Notes: generated by a model not told the origin, from the sequence alone. 53,196 nt of DNA from Isurus oxyrinchus (GCA_026770705.1 JANJGN010000033.1:9310805-9364000); one strand, 5' to 3'. Positions 10,712 to 24,759 are shown, numbered from the stretch's first letter. A program made the numbers and translations.

Positions 10712-13700
10712 GTCGTGCTTGCAGACCAGCAGGGGCGAGACCTCATCCTGAGCGAGACACAGCCAGAGCGAGTGTGGGTATTGGTAATTTGGTGCCCACT
10801 GGGAATTCAGCGCAGAGGGGAAGAGGTGCTCTTTGTGTTTTTTCTTTGCTTTCCAACTTCTTAAATCTTCAGAGAGTGGTCTTGCCCAGCTGCAGCAGTA
10901 GAGGCTACAAGGGAGAGGAATGGCTGGTAAGTAGTGGGTAAGGTCAGGTAAGTATTGACTACTTTTATTGCTTATAGTTTAAGGTATTATTGTGGGTTTC
11001 AGTTTGTATATTCTGTAGTATCGAGGATCAGGAAAGAAGGTCCCTAGAGTAATTGATTTAAAAGTTTTAATTTAAAGGGATAAGTCATGGCAGGAGAGCT
11101 CAAAGCCGTGGTGTGCTCCTCGTGCTCCATGTGGACCATCCGTGAGCCTGAGAGCATCGTGGGTAGCATGTTTAGAGAGGTGGCCACACCGCAGCTGAAG
11201 GGACTTGAGGAAGGAAGGGACTGGGTGACCACCAGGCAGTCCAAGAGAAACAGGCAGGTAGTTCAGGAATCCCCTGGGGTCCCGCTCGCAAATCGGTATT
11301 CCATTTTGGAGGCTGATAAAGGTGCTGGTTCCTCTAGGGATGCAGCAGAGCCAAGCTTCTGGCACCACAAGCAACCTGTCTGTACAGGAGGGGAGGAAGG
11401 GAGGAAGAGCAATAGTAATAGAGGATTCTATAGTCAGGGGAACAGATAGGCTCTACTGTGGCCGTCAACGTGACTCCAGGATGGTATGTTGCCTCCCTGG
11501 TGCCAGGGTCCGGGATGTCACTGAACGTCTGCAGGGCATCCTGAAGGGGGAGGGTGATAAGGCAGCGGTCATGGTACATGTTGGTACCTACGACATAGAA
11601 AGAGGGATGAGGTCTTGCATCAAGAATTCAGGGAGTTTGGCAGTGGACTAAAAAACAGGACCTCTCGTGTTGTAATCTCTGGATTACTCCCAGTGCCATA
11701 TGCTAGAGAGCTCAGAAATAGGAGAATAGCGCAGATGAATATGTGGCTTAAGAGTTGGTACAGGAGGGAGGGTTTTGGATTCCTGGATCACTGGGACCGT
11801 TTCTGGGGAAGGTGGGTGCTGTACAATCAGGACGGTCTACATCTGAACCAGAGCGGGCGGGTTTGCTAGTGCTGTTTGGAGGAGTTTAAACTTATTCGAC
11901 AGAGGGAGGGGACACAGAATGTTAGCAAGATAGGGGCACATCAAAATACAGCAAAACAATCATGTCAGAGGGAGTACAGCTGCATTAAGATTCAAGGGGG
12001 TAAGGCAAAGCTGGATGGCCTCTATTTTAATGCCAGGAGTATTACAGGATGAGTTAAGGGTGAGTATTGACATGTGGAATTGTGATATAGTAGTCATCAG
12101 AGAGATGTGGTTGAGAGAGCAGCAGAATTGGCAGCTCAATTGGGATAGACATAGTGTTAAAGGCTTGGATGGAGTGGATTTCTTGAAATGTGTACAGGAG
12201 AACTTTTTAGGTCAATATGTAGAGGGTCCAACAAGGGCCAGTGCAGTGCTGGACCTAATTCTGGGGAATGAAGCCAGACAGGTGGCTGAGGTGGTGGTGG
12301 GGGAGCATTTTAGTGATAGCGAACACAACATGGTACAGTTTAAGCTTGTTATGGACAAAGAAATAGACAAGTTGCAAAAAAATGTTTTGGATTGGGAGGG
12401 AGGGAATTTTAGTAAAATAAGGCAGAATCTGGGAAAGGTAGACTAGGAACAGCTACTTGTGGGGAAATCTGCAGAAGAACAGTGACGGTAGGGGGAGGGT
12501 ATGGTTCAAAAAGGAAATGGGGAGGGTACAGGCTCAACATGTTCCCTCTAGGGTGATAGGAAGGAGTAACAAGCCCAGAGAGCCATGGATGACCAGAGAT
12601 ATTCAGGATACGATGAGAAGGAAAAGAGAGGCTTTTAGCAGGTACAAGGGAAGCAAATCAGTGGAGGCATTAGTGGAGTACAGAAAGTGGAGGGTGGAGC
12701 TTAAGAAAGCAATTAGGAGAGCAAAGAGGGGATATGAGAAAACTCTGGCTGGTAAAAGTAGGGAAAATCCCAAAATATTCTATAAGTATATCACTGGGAA
12801 GAGGATAACCAGGGGAAGAGTAGGGCCCATTAGGGACCATGTGGGCAATCTATGGGTGGAGCCAGAGGACATCACTAGAGTGTTGAACGAATACTTCACA
12901 TCCATCTTCACCCAAGAGAATGAAGATGAAGATATTGAACTCGGGGAGTGAGACTGTGAAGTTCTTGAGCAAATTGATATAGGGAGTGACAAGGTATTGG
13001 AGGTGTTAGCCAGCTTAAAAGTGGACAAATCCCCAGGTTTGGATGATTTGTGTCCCAGACTGCTGAGGGAGGCAAGGGAGGAGACAACAGGGGATCTGAC
13101 CCAAATTTTTAATTCCTCTCTGGCCACCGGGGAGGTGCCAGAGGAATAGAGAACAGCTAATGTGGTTCCGCTATTTAAGAAGGGTTGTAGAGATAACCCA
13201 GGAAACTACAGAGCACTGAATCTCACATCAGTGGTAGGGAAACTATTGGAGAAAGTTCTGAAGGAGAGAATCTATCTCCACTTGGAGAGGCAAGGTTTGA
13301 TCAGGGATAGTCAGCATGGCTTTGTCAGAGGGAGGTCATGCCTAACAAATTTGATTGAATTTTTTGAGGAGGTGACCAGGTGTGTCGATGAGGGTAGTGC
13401 AGTTGATGTAGTTTATATGGATTTCAGCAAAACCTTTGACAAGGTCCCACATGGGAGACTTATAAAGAAGGCAAATGCGCATGGGATACAGGGTAATTTG
13501 CTAAGGTGGATTCAAAATTGGCTTAGTTGTAGGAGACAGAGGATGATGACAGAAGGATGCTTTAGTGACTGGAAGCCAGTGTCCAGTGGCGTACCACAGG
13601 GATCTGTGCTGGGTCCCCGATCATTCGTCATTTATAAAACAACATAGATGACTATGTGGAAGGTAGGATTAGTAAGTTTGCGGATGACACAAAGATTGGC

Positions 13701-14610
13701 CGGGTGGTTAACAGTGAGGTTGATTGTCTTGGGCTACAGAAAGATATAGATGGGATGGTTAAATGGGCAGATAAATGGCAGATGGAATTTAACCCTGAAA
13801 AAACGTGAGGTGATACACTTTGGAAGGAGTGCTTTGACAAGGAAGTGTTCAATGAACGGCATGACACTAGGAAGTTCTGAGGAACAAAGGGACCTTGGCG
13901 TGTGTGTCCATAGATCTCTGAAGGCAGAGGGGCATGTTAGTGGGGTGGTGAAAAAGGCATATGGGACACTTGCCTTTATCAATCGAGGCATCGATTACAA
14001 AAGTAGGGAAGTCATGTTGGAGTTGTATAGAACCTTGGTGAGGCCACAGCTGGAGTACTGTGTGCAGTTCTGGTCACCACATTATAGGAAGGATGTGATT
14101 GCACTGGAGAGGGTGCAGAGGATATTCACCAGGATGTTACCTGGGATGAAACATTTAAGTTATGAAGAGAGGTTGGATAGACTTGGGTTGTTTTTGTTGG
14201 AGCAGAGAAGACTGAGGGGCGACCTGATCGAGGTGTACAAGATTATGAGGGGCATGGACAGGGTGGATAGGGAGCAGCTGTTCCCCTTAGTTGAAGGGTC
14301 AGTCATGAGGGGACATAAGTTCAAGGTGAAGGGCAGGAGGTTTGGGGGGATGTGAGGAAAAACTTTTTTACCCAGAGGGTGGTGACGGACCAGAATGTGC
14401 TGCCTGGGAGGGTGGTGGAGGCGGGTTGCCTCACATCCTTTAAAAAGTACCTGGATGAGCACTGGGCACGTCATAACATTCAAGGCTTTGGGACAAGTGC
14501 TGGTAAATGGGATTAGGGAGGTAGGGCAGGTGTTTCTCACTTGTCGGTGCAGACTTGATGGGTCGAAGGGCCTCTTCTGCACTGTGTGATTATGTGATTC
14601 TGTAATTCTG
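10712..14610 (+). mobile_element. Near full-length but inactive CR1 LINE (ORF1 zinc finger/SGNH esterase, ORF2 RT)
   Basis: MAGELKAVVCSSCSMW; IEDSIVRG..CLPGAR..HVGT; RT motifs QHGFVRGRSCLTNL, YMDFSKTFDKVPH, GVPQGSVLGP, FADDTKI; (gtgattct)-like tail. Stops, frameshifts and a partly deleted endonuclease. Empty site at 50121-50125. Confidence 0.93.
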
Positions 14611-15528
14611 TCACTGCAGTGTTAAACAGACCATTTCCACCCGGAGTCTGTAATAAGCAGTTCCCAGCACTGTCTCTATTTTTGTCTTTTACTTTGTAAA
14701 ACCACAGCTCAGTCTACATTGACAACCATTTCCTGATCTCCCCCATCGATCGCTTCCAGCTCACTCTCCCTCCTCCACACTCCTCAACTCATCCTCCAAA
14801 TCCCTACTGCCCAGTATCCTATCCCACTCTAACTCTTGCTCGCCCACCTTCACACTCTGCCTCCCCCTCATTTTCACTGACCCCCACCGGCTCCCAGTCC
14901 ACCAACACCTCCTGTTTAAAGTTCTCACCCTGCTTCTTAAATCCATCCATTGCCTCCACCACACCCACCCCACCCTTTCAAACGAACCTCCTCCAGCTCT
15001 ATAACCCTCCAAGAATTCTGCCTTCCCACAGGTCCAGCATCCGGCGTGTCTTTCATTCCCTTTGTCCCAACATTGGGTGTTGTGCTTTTAACTATCTGAA
15101 TCCTTAGCTTTGGAATTCCCTCCCTAAATCTCCCTGTCTCTCTCTCCCTTTCCTTCAAGACTCTCCTTAAAATCCATATCTTTGACCGATCATTGGGTCT
15201 CTCCTCATAATATCTCCTTTGGCTCTGAGTCCCTATGATGAAGACGCTTCTGGTGAGCACCTTGGGAAATTTTCCTTTGTTAAAGGAGCTTCTTCAGCTG
15301 TTGTTGTTGTGGTCCCTCCTTAACTCTTCAACCTGAGTAGGCATCACATCAGTGCCAATTGGGTTGACCATCCCTCCGTCAAATGGAAAGCCAGGAAAAG
15401 CTTTGGGATGTTCCACAAGGCTCTGTGCCTTTGGGAGGATCTGGGTGGGTGGTGAGGAGCTGCAGGGGAGGCTGGTGATGTGGAAGGTACAAAGCAAGAG
15501 GCAGGGATATCAGATAGGGTTTACTCAC

Positions 15529-15571
15529 CAACAGAGAGGTAGAGAAGGATCAGGCAGAGAGCAGAGTCCAT
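15529..15571 (-). CDS. Gene 1 proximal leader (signal peptide) exon, MDSALCLILLYLSV
   Basis: ATG start, 43 bp, G|GTGAGT phase-1 donor in frame with the V exon; hydrophobic; homologous copies in all units. Confidence 0.85.
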
Positions 15572-16039
15572 TGCAGCTCCTCAACTCACTCTGTGGGTCT
15601 GGGAGAGGCTTCAGTGATGACAGAACGATGAGATGGGACTTTGTCACACACATCAGTACATCTGAATAGTTAGTTCTGCTATTCTCCTTCCTGTTTCTCT
15701 AATCTCACAACTTCCTCTGGTTTGGAAGTGAACTGGTCTCATCAAATGCTGGTGACCAAGGCTGATTATTGTGCCCAGGACCAGCCTGAGGATCGACAGT
15801 GGATCCCGTGATATTGGTTAGTAGGGGCAGGTTGGAGGGTTTCAGAGAGAGGGGGATCACCGGGGATCAGGGGGCGTGGAGGGGCACTGTGGGGGTACAA
15901 TGGTGGTAACATTCAGCAGTACACTCTCTTCCTGAGGTCAGGTCCCCAGAGAAGGCACTCGGTGTCTGTGAACGAGGGTCACCCACCCATTCTTCAGCCA
16001 GAAGTCCCGAGCGGATGATCCATCTCAGCCTCCTCCGCA

Positions 16040-16600
16040 GGTCCCAGCTTCACGGATACCAGTCTTCAGCCAATTTGATTCACTCCACATGATCTCAAGA
16101 AACAGCTGAAGGCACCGGATGGAGCAGAGGCAATGGCAATAGTACTGAAGACTTGTTTCCCAGAACTAGCCATGCCCCAAGCCAAGTTGTCCGAGTACAG
16201 CTATAACACGGGCATCTACCCGACAAACTAACATTCACACCACACAAGTGCCAGGCAATGGCCATCTCCAACAAGAGAGAATCCAACCATCGCCCCTTGG
16301 TGATCAATGGCATTGCCATCACTGAAACTCCCACTATCAACATCCTGGGGGTTACCATTGACCTGAAACTGAACTGGACCAGCCGTATAAATACTTTGGC
16401 TACAAGAGCAGGTCAGAGGCTGGGAATCCAGCGGAGAGTAACTCACCTCCTGACTCCCTAAAACCCGTCCACCATCCACAAGGCACAAGTCAGGAGTGTG
16501 GTGGAATGCTCCCCACTTTCCTGGAGGAGTGCAGCTCCCACAACACTCAAAAACTCAACACAGTTCAAGACAAATAAGGATCAGCACCACATCCACCACT
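16040..16600 (+). mobile_element. CR1 LINE fragments
   Basis: PHKCQAMAISNKRES..TINILGVTIDLKLNWTS. The copies at ~33020-33270 and ~51540-51800 lack about 300 bp of this segment. Confidence 0.75.
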
Positions 16601-16748
16601 TTAAAAGTTGACCTTCCGCACCATTGGCGCATCGTAACAGTGACTTCAATAAGATCATGGCTGGCCTGATTATCACCTTAATTATATTTTCTTACCTCAT
16701 AACGCATAACTCTCCTAGGGATTAAGCTTATCACAGTCCGTTGGTAAA

Positions 16749-17763
16749 CAAGAGTGTCAGTGTGGGAGACCCTGGGGGAGACAGGAGTGTCAGTGTGGGA
16801 GACCCTGGGGGAGACAGGAGTGTCAGTGTGGGAGACCCTGGGGGAGACAGGAGTGTCAGTTTGGGAGACCCTGGGAGAGACAGGAGTGCCAGTTTGGGAG
16901 ACCCTGGGGGAGACAGGAGTGTCAGTGTGGGAGGCCCTGGGGAGACAGGAGTGTCAGTGTGGGAGACCCTGGGGGAGACAGGAGAGTCAGTGTGGGAGGC
17001 CCTGGGGAGACAGGAGTGTCAGTTTGGGAGACCCTGGGAGAGACAGGAGTGTCAGTTTGGGAGACCCTGGGGGAGACAGGAGTGTCAGTGTGGGAAGCCC
17101 TGGGGAGACAGGAGTGTCAGTGTGGGAGACCCTGGGGGAGACAGGAGTGTCAGTGTGGGAGACCCTGGGGGAGACAGGAGTGTCAGTGTGGGAGACCCTG
17201 GGGGAGACAGGAGTGTCAGTGTGGGAGACCCTGGGGGAGACAGGAGAGTCAGTGTGGGAGGCCCTGGGGAGACAGGAGTGTCAGTGTGGGAGACCCTGGG
17301 GGAGACAGGAGTGTCAGTGTGGGAGGCCCTGGGGAGACAGGAGTGTCAGTGTGGGAGACCCTGGGGGAGACAGGAGTGTCAGTGTGGGAGACCCTGGGGG
17401 AGACAGGAGTGTCAGTGTGGGAGACCCTGGGGGAGACAGGAGTGTCAGTGTGGGAGACCCTGGGGGAGACAGAAGTGTCAGTGTCGGAGACCCTGGGGGA
17501 GACAGGAGTGTCAGTGTGGGAGACCCTGGGGGAGACAGGAGTGTCAGTGTGGGAGACTTTGGGAGAGACAGAAGTGTCAGTGTGGGAGACCCTGGGGGAG
17601 ACAGGAGTGTCAGTGTGGGAGACCCTGGGGGAGACAGGAGTGTCAGTGTGGGAGACCCTGGGGGAGACAGGAGTGTCAGTGTGGGAGACCCTGGGGGAGA
17701 CAGGAGTGTCAGTGTGGGAGACCCTGGGGAGACAGGAGTGTCAGTGTGGGAGACCCTGGGGAG
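16749..17763. repeat. 33-bp minisatellite array (~31 units)
   Basis: Unit gacaggagtgtcagtgtgggagaccctggggga, with 32-bp variants. Confidence 0.95.
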
Positions 17764-17769
17764 AGGCCT

Positions 17770-18060
17770 GTGGGACAAGGTGAATTTGAATCCAATCAGT
17801 GGTGGTCGGTATAACTTCAGTAGTTTCCGGGTGTACAGGGCAGAGACAATGTGAATTCAAAAGGCAGCTGCAAACCTCCAACTGGCTCCACAGTGAAAAT
17901 AACTTCATTTTCAATCTGTAAGGTGAAAAGCCTTTGCCTGGTGTTTGGTTTAGTCTATGGGTTGCTGCTGCATTGATTGAGATAGTAGTAATCTGCAGCA
18001 ATGTCTATATATTTTACCCTGTGTAAATTAATAAACTGTTCTAATAGTTTACTGTAGAAC
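17770..18060 (+). mobile_element. LTR fragment (same family as 19604-20372, opposite orientation)
   Basis: Reverse-complement similarity to 19860-20075. Copies also at ~34250-34560 and ~52306-52615. Confidence 0.6.
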
Positions 18061-18067
18061 CTCGAGA

Positions 18068-18275
18068 ACCTCTCCTCTCCTGTCATCTCTTATCTCCTCT
18101 TTTTTCCTCTCTGCTCCCATCTCCTCTCCTCTCCACTCCTCCCATCTCCTCTCCTCCCCTCCCCTCTCATTCCCTCTATTTGCCTCTCCTCACCTCGCCA
18201 TGCATCTCTTTGACTCCCCACTCCTCTACTCTCCTCCTCCGCTTCCCTCTCCTCTCCAGCTCGAATCTCTCTCTG
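18068..18275. repeat. CT-rich polypyrimidine tract
   Basis: Almost purely C/T; short counterpart of the arrays at 34597 and 52651. Confidence 0.8.
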
Positions 18276-18838
18276 TTTATCTGTAAATGACCCCCTCCCA
18301 CCCCTCCCCCATTACAAACAGGGTCACAACACTGGATAATTGATGGGGTTTCCCAGCAGTTTCCTCTCTGTGGTCACAGTGCAGAGCCAGTCAGCTCCGT
18401 TCTCCACCCCACATGCCCGTACTGCTCAGTCTCAATTTCTCTGACAGTTTGATTCAGTTTTAGAAACCGCAGTTTTGTGTATCCCTAACCAAGGTTTCCA
18501 GATGTTCCCCATCGATCACTCCGGATTCACTGTCCATCCTCCACCCACAATGGCCTGGCTCCCTCCCTATCTCTGTAACCTCCTCCAGCCCTATCACCCT
18601 CTGAGATCTCTGCACTCCTCCAATACCTGTCACTTGGACATCCCCGATTTTAATCGCTCCACCATTGGCGGCAGTGCCTTCCCTTTGGAATTCCCTCCTT
18701 AATCCGCTCCACCTCTCTCCCCTTCATTCTCAAAGCAATTCCTCACAGCTCCTGATATTTCCTTTGGCACCGTGATCCTTTGGTGAAGGTGGTGGGGCAC
18801 GAAGTTAGGGACAGGACAATAAGATAGGTTTTACTCAC

Positions 18839-18881
18839 CGGCGGAGAGGCACAGAATGATCAGAGAGAGAGCAGAGTCCAT
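18839..18881 (-). CDS. Unit 1 distal (second) leader exon, MDSALSLIILCLSA
   Basis: 43 bp, ATG, G|GTGAGT phase-1 donor; paralogue of 15529-15571. Confidence 0.72.
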
Positions 18882-19603
18882 TGGGGAGCCACACCTCACT
18901 CTGTGTGCCTGGAGGAGGCGCCACTGATCACAGGCTGATGAGACGATGTGTATAACACACAACCCACGAGCAGTTAGTTCTGTTTTTCTCAACTTCCTTC
19001 CATTTCTGTCTCTGGGGAAAAACTATCTGCCAAATCATTTCCAACTTCCCTTTCAAAGTCCCAGCTGTCAAGCCTTTCGCCCTCTGCTGGCCGTGACATT
19101 TCTATAGACTCACACTTGAAATCTTAGGACACGAGCTTCTCAAGAATTGTAAAATGGGGAATTCTATGTACTGAGTGTGTTTGACTCAAAGGAGTCAATT
19201 CGATGACAGTTTACCGACTAAGTATATTTTATTCTGAGATACCTTTGTTTAGCCTAAATATTCCTGCGAGAGAGGACATTTTATTGTAAGACGAAGGCTA
19301 CGGATAGTATAACTGACTGAGCTCTACTAATGATTTAAAATGATCCCTAGTCAAGGAGTAAGACTAAAAACTGATTAAATTTACCATCCCAGGAGGGTAA
19401 AAGTAGTAGAATCATTGCAGCCCATCCTAATTGCTCTTGAACTGAATGGCTTGCTCAGCCATTAAGAGCCAAACACATTGGTGTGGACTGGAGTCTCATA
19501 TTGGCCAGACAGGGTGATGTTGGCAGATTTCCTTTCCTAAAGGACATGAGTGAAATCCGATTGGATTTTATGACAATCAATGATAGTTCATGGTTAACAT
19601 CAC

Positions 19604-20372
19604 TGTTATGGACGATGCAGTTGGTAAAGGCTGAGTGGTTTAAAAATCCCAGAGGGAAACTTAAAACAACTGTCATAACCTGTAATTTTGCTGTTATGTT
19701 TGAGATGCGACTCTCAATTCAGGAATCAGACCCCCAGTTCTCAAGGTTTTACATTAGACTAAATGAAACATTTTATTAACTTATACAAATATATGTACGC
19801 ATGGCTACAAATTACTACTGTCATAACTTTTAACAAATTCCCAAAGTAATCCCCATTAAAGCAACTGCAAACCATAGACTTAATGAGAAACCAAGCAAAG
19901 CATTTTCACCTTAGGAATTCACAATGAGGTTCTTTCAATTTTGGTTCCTGTGGAGCCAGTTGGAGGCTTGCAGCTGCGTTTTGATTTTACATTACCTCTG
20001 CTCTGCACACCCGAAAACTACTGAAGTTATACCTACCATCACTGATTGAATTCAAATTCTCATTGCCTCACCAGCCTCTTTGAACTTCACCTTTTAACAA
20101 TGAAAACCCTTTCAAAGTGCCAATTTTATTAGTAATATAAACATATTGCTTGGTAGCTGCTAGATAGGCATCAGTTTTCACCCCACTTCTTGAATGCTCG
20201 AATCAAAAAATTGCAAATGCACGCTATCTCTCTTACATATTCAAAACTAGTACCCATCAAAGTAACCAGACTGGCTGGCTTTAATCTAATTAAGACATGC
20301 CCGCAAACTAAACCTCTATTTTGAAAGAAAAATGGTTTCCAAAATATTATGTACTTTAATAGCTTCATGACA
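19604..20372 (-). mobile_element. Solo LTR inserted in a SINE
   Basis: TGTTATG...CATGACA termini, 5-bp TSD atcac/attac with one mismatch; SINE sequence on both flanks. Confidence 0.65.
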
Positions 20373-20519
20373 ATTACTGAGACTTGCTTTTATTTCCAGA
20401 TCTTATTGATTTTAAACTGCATCACCTCTGGAATTGAACTCATGTCCACTGGGAATTAGCCTGGGACTCTAGATTACTAGCCCAGTGACATTAGCATGAT
20501 GCCACCATCACCCACAGAC

Positions 20520-21750
20520 TGGGTCACATGGGCCTTACAAACTACCATCCCATTTGAAACCTCCCTTTCCTGTCCAAAGTCCTTGAACATGTTGTCAGCT
20601 CCCAAACCATGTCCCTTTTCCAGCAAATCCATGTTTGAATCCCTCCAATCAGGCTTCAGTTTCTGAGACTGTACCTAAGCAGCTCTTATCAAAGTCACCA
20701 ATGACATCCTGTGTGAGGGTGACTGAGGTAAACTTTCCCTCCTCCTCCTCCTCGGCCTGTCTGCAGCCTTTGACACGGTCGACCATACCATCCTCCTCCA
20801 ACACCTCTCCACAGCCTGGACGGGGTGGGATTGCTCTCCCCTGGTTCCACTCTCATCTCTCCAATCGCAGCCAGAGATTCACTTGCAATGTCTCCCGTTC
20901 CTGTCCTCACACCGTGACCTCAGGTTTTCCCCAAGGATCTATCCTTGGCCCCCTCCTATTCCTCATCTTCATTCTGCACCTTGGCAACATCACTTGAAAG
21001 CCCAGCGTTAGTCTTCATGTGACCACTGATGACAGCCTGATCAACCTCGCCACCACCTCTCTCGACCCCTCCACTGTCTGTAAATTATCATGCTCACCCG
21101 ATAAACAGGAATTTCCTCCAAATCAATATTGGGAAGACTGAAACCATTGTTTTTGGTTCACGCTCCAATCTTTATTCCCTCGCTATCAATCCCATCCCTC
21201 TCCCTGGAAACCGTCACATTGACCCAGAGATGAGCTTCCAATGACAAGTCACTAAGACCACCTATTTTCACCTCCATAACACCACCCAATTCCACCCCGT
21301 ATCAGCTTATCGGCCGCTGAGACCCTCACTGATGCCTCTTTACCTTGAGGCTTGACACTTCCAAGTCATTCCTGGCTGGTCTCCCACATTGCACTGTCTG
21401 TAAATTTGAGGCTATACAAGTCTCTGTTGCCTTTACTCACAGCACTGTTCACCCTTCAGACCTGTGCCCTCTGACCTACACTGGCTCCTGGTTAAGCAAT
21501 GCCTCAGTTTTAAAATGTTCATCCTCGTTTACAAATCCTCATTCCCCCCCACCCCCGTGCCTGTAAACTCCACAACCCTACAGCCCTTTGAGATCTCTCT
21601 GCTCCTCTAATTCAGGCTACCCCAATTTTAACAGTTCCACCTTTGTCAGCCATCCCTTCAGCTGGCTGGGTCCTAAACTCTGGAATTGAGTCCCTCAATC
21701 TCTCCCCCTTTCTGTCCTTCTTTAAGAAACTCTGGAAATTCCTCTTCTTT
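20520..21750 (+). mobile_element. L2-clade LINE RT fragment
   Basis: Degenerate RT motifs LIKVTNDIL, LSAAFDTVDHTILLQ, GFPQGSILGPLLF. Confidence 0.75.
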
Positions 21751-21839
21751 GACCAATGTTCACTGGAGGTCATTTACACCGTGTGACTGTGTGAGGAGGT
21801 GTTGCCATTGTGGTAGAATCACAGGACTCGCATTCCCAC

Positions 21840-22140
21840 AACCCAGACTAATTCCTTGTGGATCCTGGTTTGAATCCCAACACGGCAGATGGTAACATTT
21901 GAATCCAATAGGAATCTTGAATTAAAAGTCTGATGATGACCATGAAACCCTTGTTGATTGTTGTAAAAACCCATCTGGTTTATTCATGGGCCTTTAGGGA
22001 AGGGAATGTGCTACCCTCACCTGACCTGGCCCACATGTGAGTCCAGGCCCACAGCAATGTGTCTGATGAATGGAAGAATGGGCAATAAATGCTGGCCTAG
22101 CCAATGATGCCCACATCCCATGAACCAATAAAAAAAAATC
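21840..22140 (+). mobile_element. SINE with CR1-type 3' tail
   Basis: B-box-like ggtttgaatccc and tail ..gggcaataaatgctggcc..catcccatgaa; related copy at ~39300-39640. Confidence 0.55.
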
Positions 22141-22894
22141 CTTTGATTATAAATGCTCCTGTGAAGCTCTTTTGGATGTTTTTTATGTTAAAGTCGCTAT
22201 GTAAATGCAAGTTGTTATTGAATTGGGAAACGAGGCTGTATTTCATCACAAGGGATGGTTTCTTAGAATGTCCTTCATGTCCGTTCGGCTGCGTTTGTAA
22301 CACAGGATGATCCTCAGCTGTGTGGAGAGGGCTGGAGCCAGTCAACGGCTTGGCTCGATGACCTCACACTGGCACAGGTGGGATGGGCTGAATGGCCTGC
22401 ATTGCGCGGAGCCATTCACTCCAGCTGTTCACCTGAGCTGGGTCTTGATGTCAAGCTCGGGGATTTGTAAGGTCAGCTCATTTCCAAGTCCTTCCCCAAA
22501 GTGTCAATTGACACGGTGACAGCCAATGATATGGATGCAGACGGGGTCTGGGGGAGGGGTGTGCAGACAGTGTGAAACGCCCGGGTCTGGGGGCTATTGA
22601 GGGCCATGCTCGGTGTTGTAACAGTGTCCAGAGTGAGGGACCAGGCCTGAAACAAACAAACATCAAAACCGACAGCATGAAAGTTCCGATTATTAAAATA
22701 AAGTTTTTCAGCTTAGTTTGAGTGAGCAGCTGCTTCTGACGTTCAGGCAGCTTTGTGGTTCCCATTTTTGCAAAGCTCCCTCAAAAAACCATGGAGTGTC
22801 GAAATGTCAGAAACTGCAACCGAGGATGTTCTTGATTGAAAATATTTTCGAAAAATGGTGACTCCCTTAATCATTTTAACGCTAACTGAATGTT

Positions 22895-23670
22895 GGTGAG
22901 TGGGGGGAGGTAAGGTGAGGGGGCTGAGGTGTGTGGAGGGCGCGATGAGGGGTTGGGTGTTTGTGGGAGTGGGAGGTGTTGGGGGGCTGATGGTCAGATG
23001 AGCGGTTTGAGCTGGGGGTGTGGGGTTGAGTTGGGGTGTGGAGGTGTGTGGGGATGGAGGGAAGGTGAGGTGAGGGTTTAGGCATGTGCGGAGGTGGGGT
23101 GCTGAGTTGTGGGGTGGGGGGTGTCTGGAGTTGGGGGGATGAAGTGATGGTTAGGGGTTTTGTTGGATTTGGGGGGGTTGAGGTAAGAGTGTGGGGATGA
23201 GGGTGGGAGATGAAGGTGAGGCTGGGGGATGAGATGAGTGGGGTACGGAGAGGAGGTGGGGGCATGTGGGGGTGATAGCCTGAGGGGTGGGGTAGTTGGG
23301 TGAGTTGGGAAGGATGGGGATGGGGGGATTCGGTGGAGATAGAGGGTGTTTCGGGCTGGGTTCAATTGAGGGGTTGTAGTTGGTGGTGGTGGGGTATGTG
23401 GTTGTGGATGTGGGTGAGTTAAGGAAATTAGGGTAGGGGAATGAAGAGTGGGTGTGTGAGTGGGAGGGGTGAGTGAGGAGGTATGGGTGCTGTCCTGAGG
23501 TGAGCGTGCGTGGGCAGGGGCTGAGTGAAGGGATTGGTGTGGGGGGGTGAGATGACGGAGATGTGGGGTGGTGGGATGAGTAAATTTGTAGGTGTGGGAG
23601 GTGGGTGAGTTCAGGGGCCCAGTGTGTGTGTAGGGATGGAGGGCTGGGTGGGTGTGGGGGGAGGGAGGAA
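22895..23670. repeat. G/T-rich low-complexity tract
   Basis: Dense GGG runs without a stable period. Confidence 0.75.
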
Positions 23671-24759
23671 CTTTTATGGTTTAGTGCCACAAAATTGAAT
23701 AATTTACGTGTGCCAACATTCCCCTTGAATGTAACCCAGCAAATAGCAAGCAGACTGAAGTTTCATTCTGCTCTAAAGTAGAGGCAAATTCTGACGACAT
23801 GTTGTATTGATGTACCAGAGAATTGAGAACATTGGGTCTCATCAAAATAAATGTAAAAACTAAAGACCAGGATTGATGCAAAACAGGGTTCTGACTCACT
23901 ATCGCCCATCTCAATAACCTTGAATACTGTATTAATAAAATCCCTATGTGTCACTAAGAGATTGCTTAAAGAAAGACCTTGCAAATCTCTACTCCATCCT
24001 GGGTTCACCCCAGAGAGGTAAAAGGGGCAGATGCCATTTATGGTATATGTTGGGTTGGTGCCAGAGAAGTTAGGATGTTAAGGTTGTATTAGTTACAGAG
24101 TTGAAATGTTTGGTAAATGTAACGATTTCTTTCTGGCCATTTCCCTCACATCAGTTGATTGCCCTGTGATTGGTTATCCTTAGAGAATCAGAACTGGGCC
24201 TCCAATTTCAACATTGCTACAGTCACCCTGCAACTACATGTGGGAGTAATGAAAGACAGACAAAACTTCATTTATTTAGCACCTTTCACAATGTCTCAAG
24301 TTGCTTTAGCACCAATGAAGCATTTAAGTTGTGATAGTCACTGGCATAAGGTAAGCAGAGCAGGCTCGAGGGGCCGAATGGCCCACTCCTGCTCCTAATA
24401 CATTCATGTATGCATCATTCAGATGGATGAAATGAGCTGTGCTAGAGGCCTTTTGTTATCCGTAATCATGTTGTGAACAGAGGGTGGAATCATGGCTGGA
24501 GTTCTGTTGATTTAGTTGCAAATGGAGGTTTACTGAGTAGGCTGTGTGGGGTGAGATTGCCAGGACAGGAGTGTGTAATGGTCTCAGAGTGAATCAGTAA
24601 CCTGTTTCACTGCACATGATTCTCAAGAGGCTTTTCCATTGATTTAATTTTGTCCATTTGCCTAATTACCCAGTAGCCCACAGTATCTTGGTGCTGTCAT
24701 GAGTTTTTTGAGCTGTTTAAATATGTGATAAAGACGTGTTACATAGTAAATATTGAAAA

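Noticed and set aside
15294-15497. Conserved ORF (PTQILPKAQSLVE..FPFDGGMVNPIG) in all three units
   Set aside because: Lies just inside intron 1; conservation is explained by recent duplication, stops differ between copies and there is no consistent exon boundary.
16749-17763. CRISPR-like or Ig switch-region-like array
   Set aside because: No unique spacers and a eukaryotic context. No AGCT hotspot density, and the G-rich strand is the template strand, opposite to switch regions.
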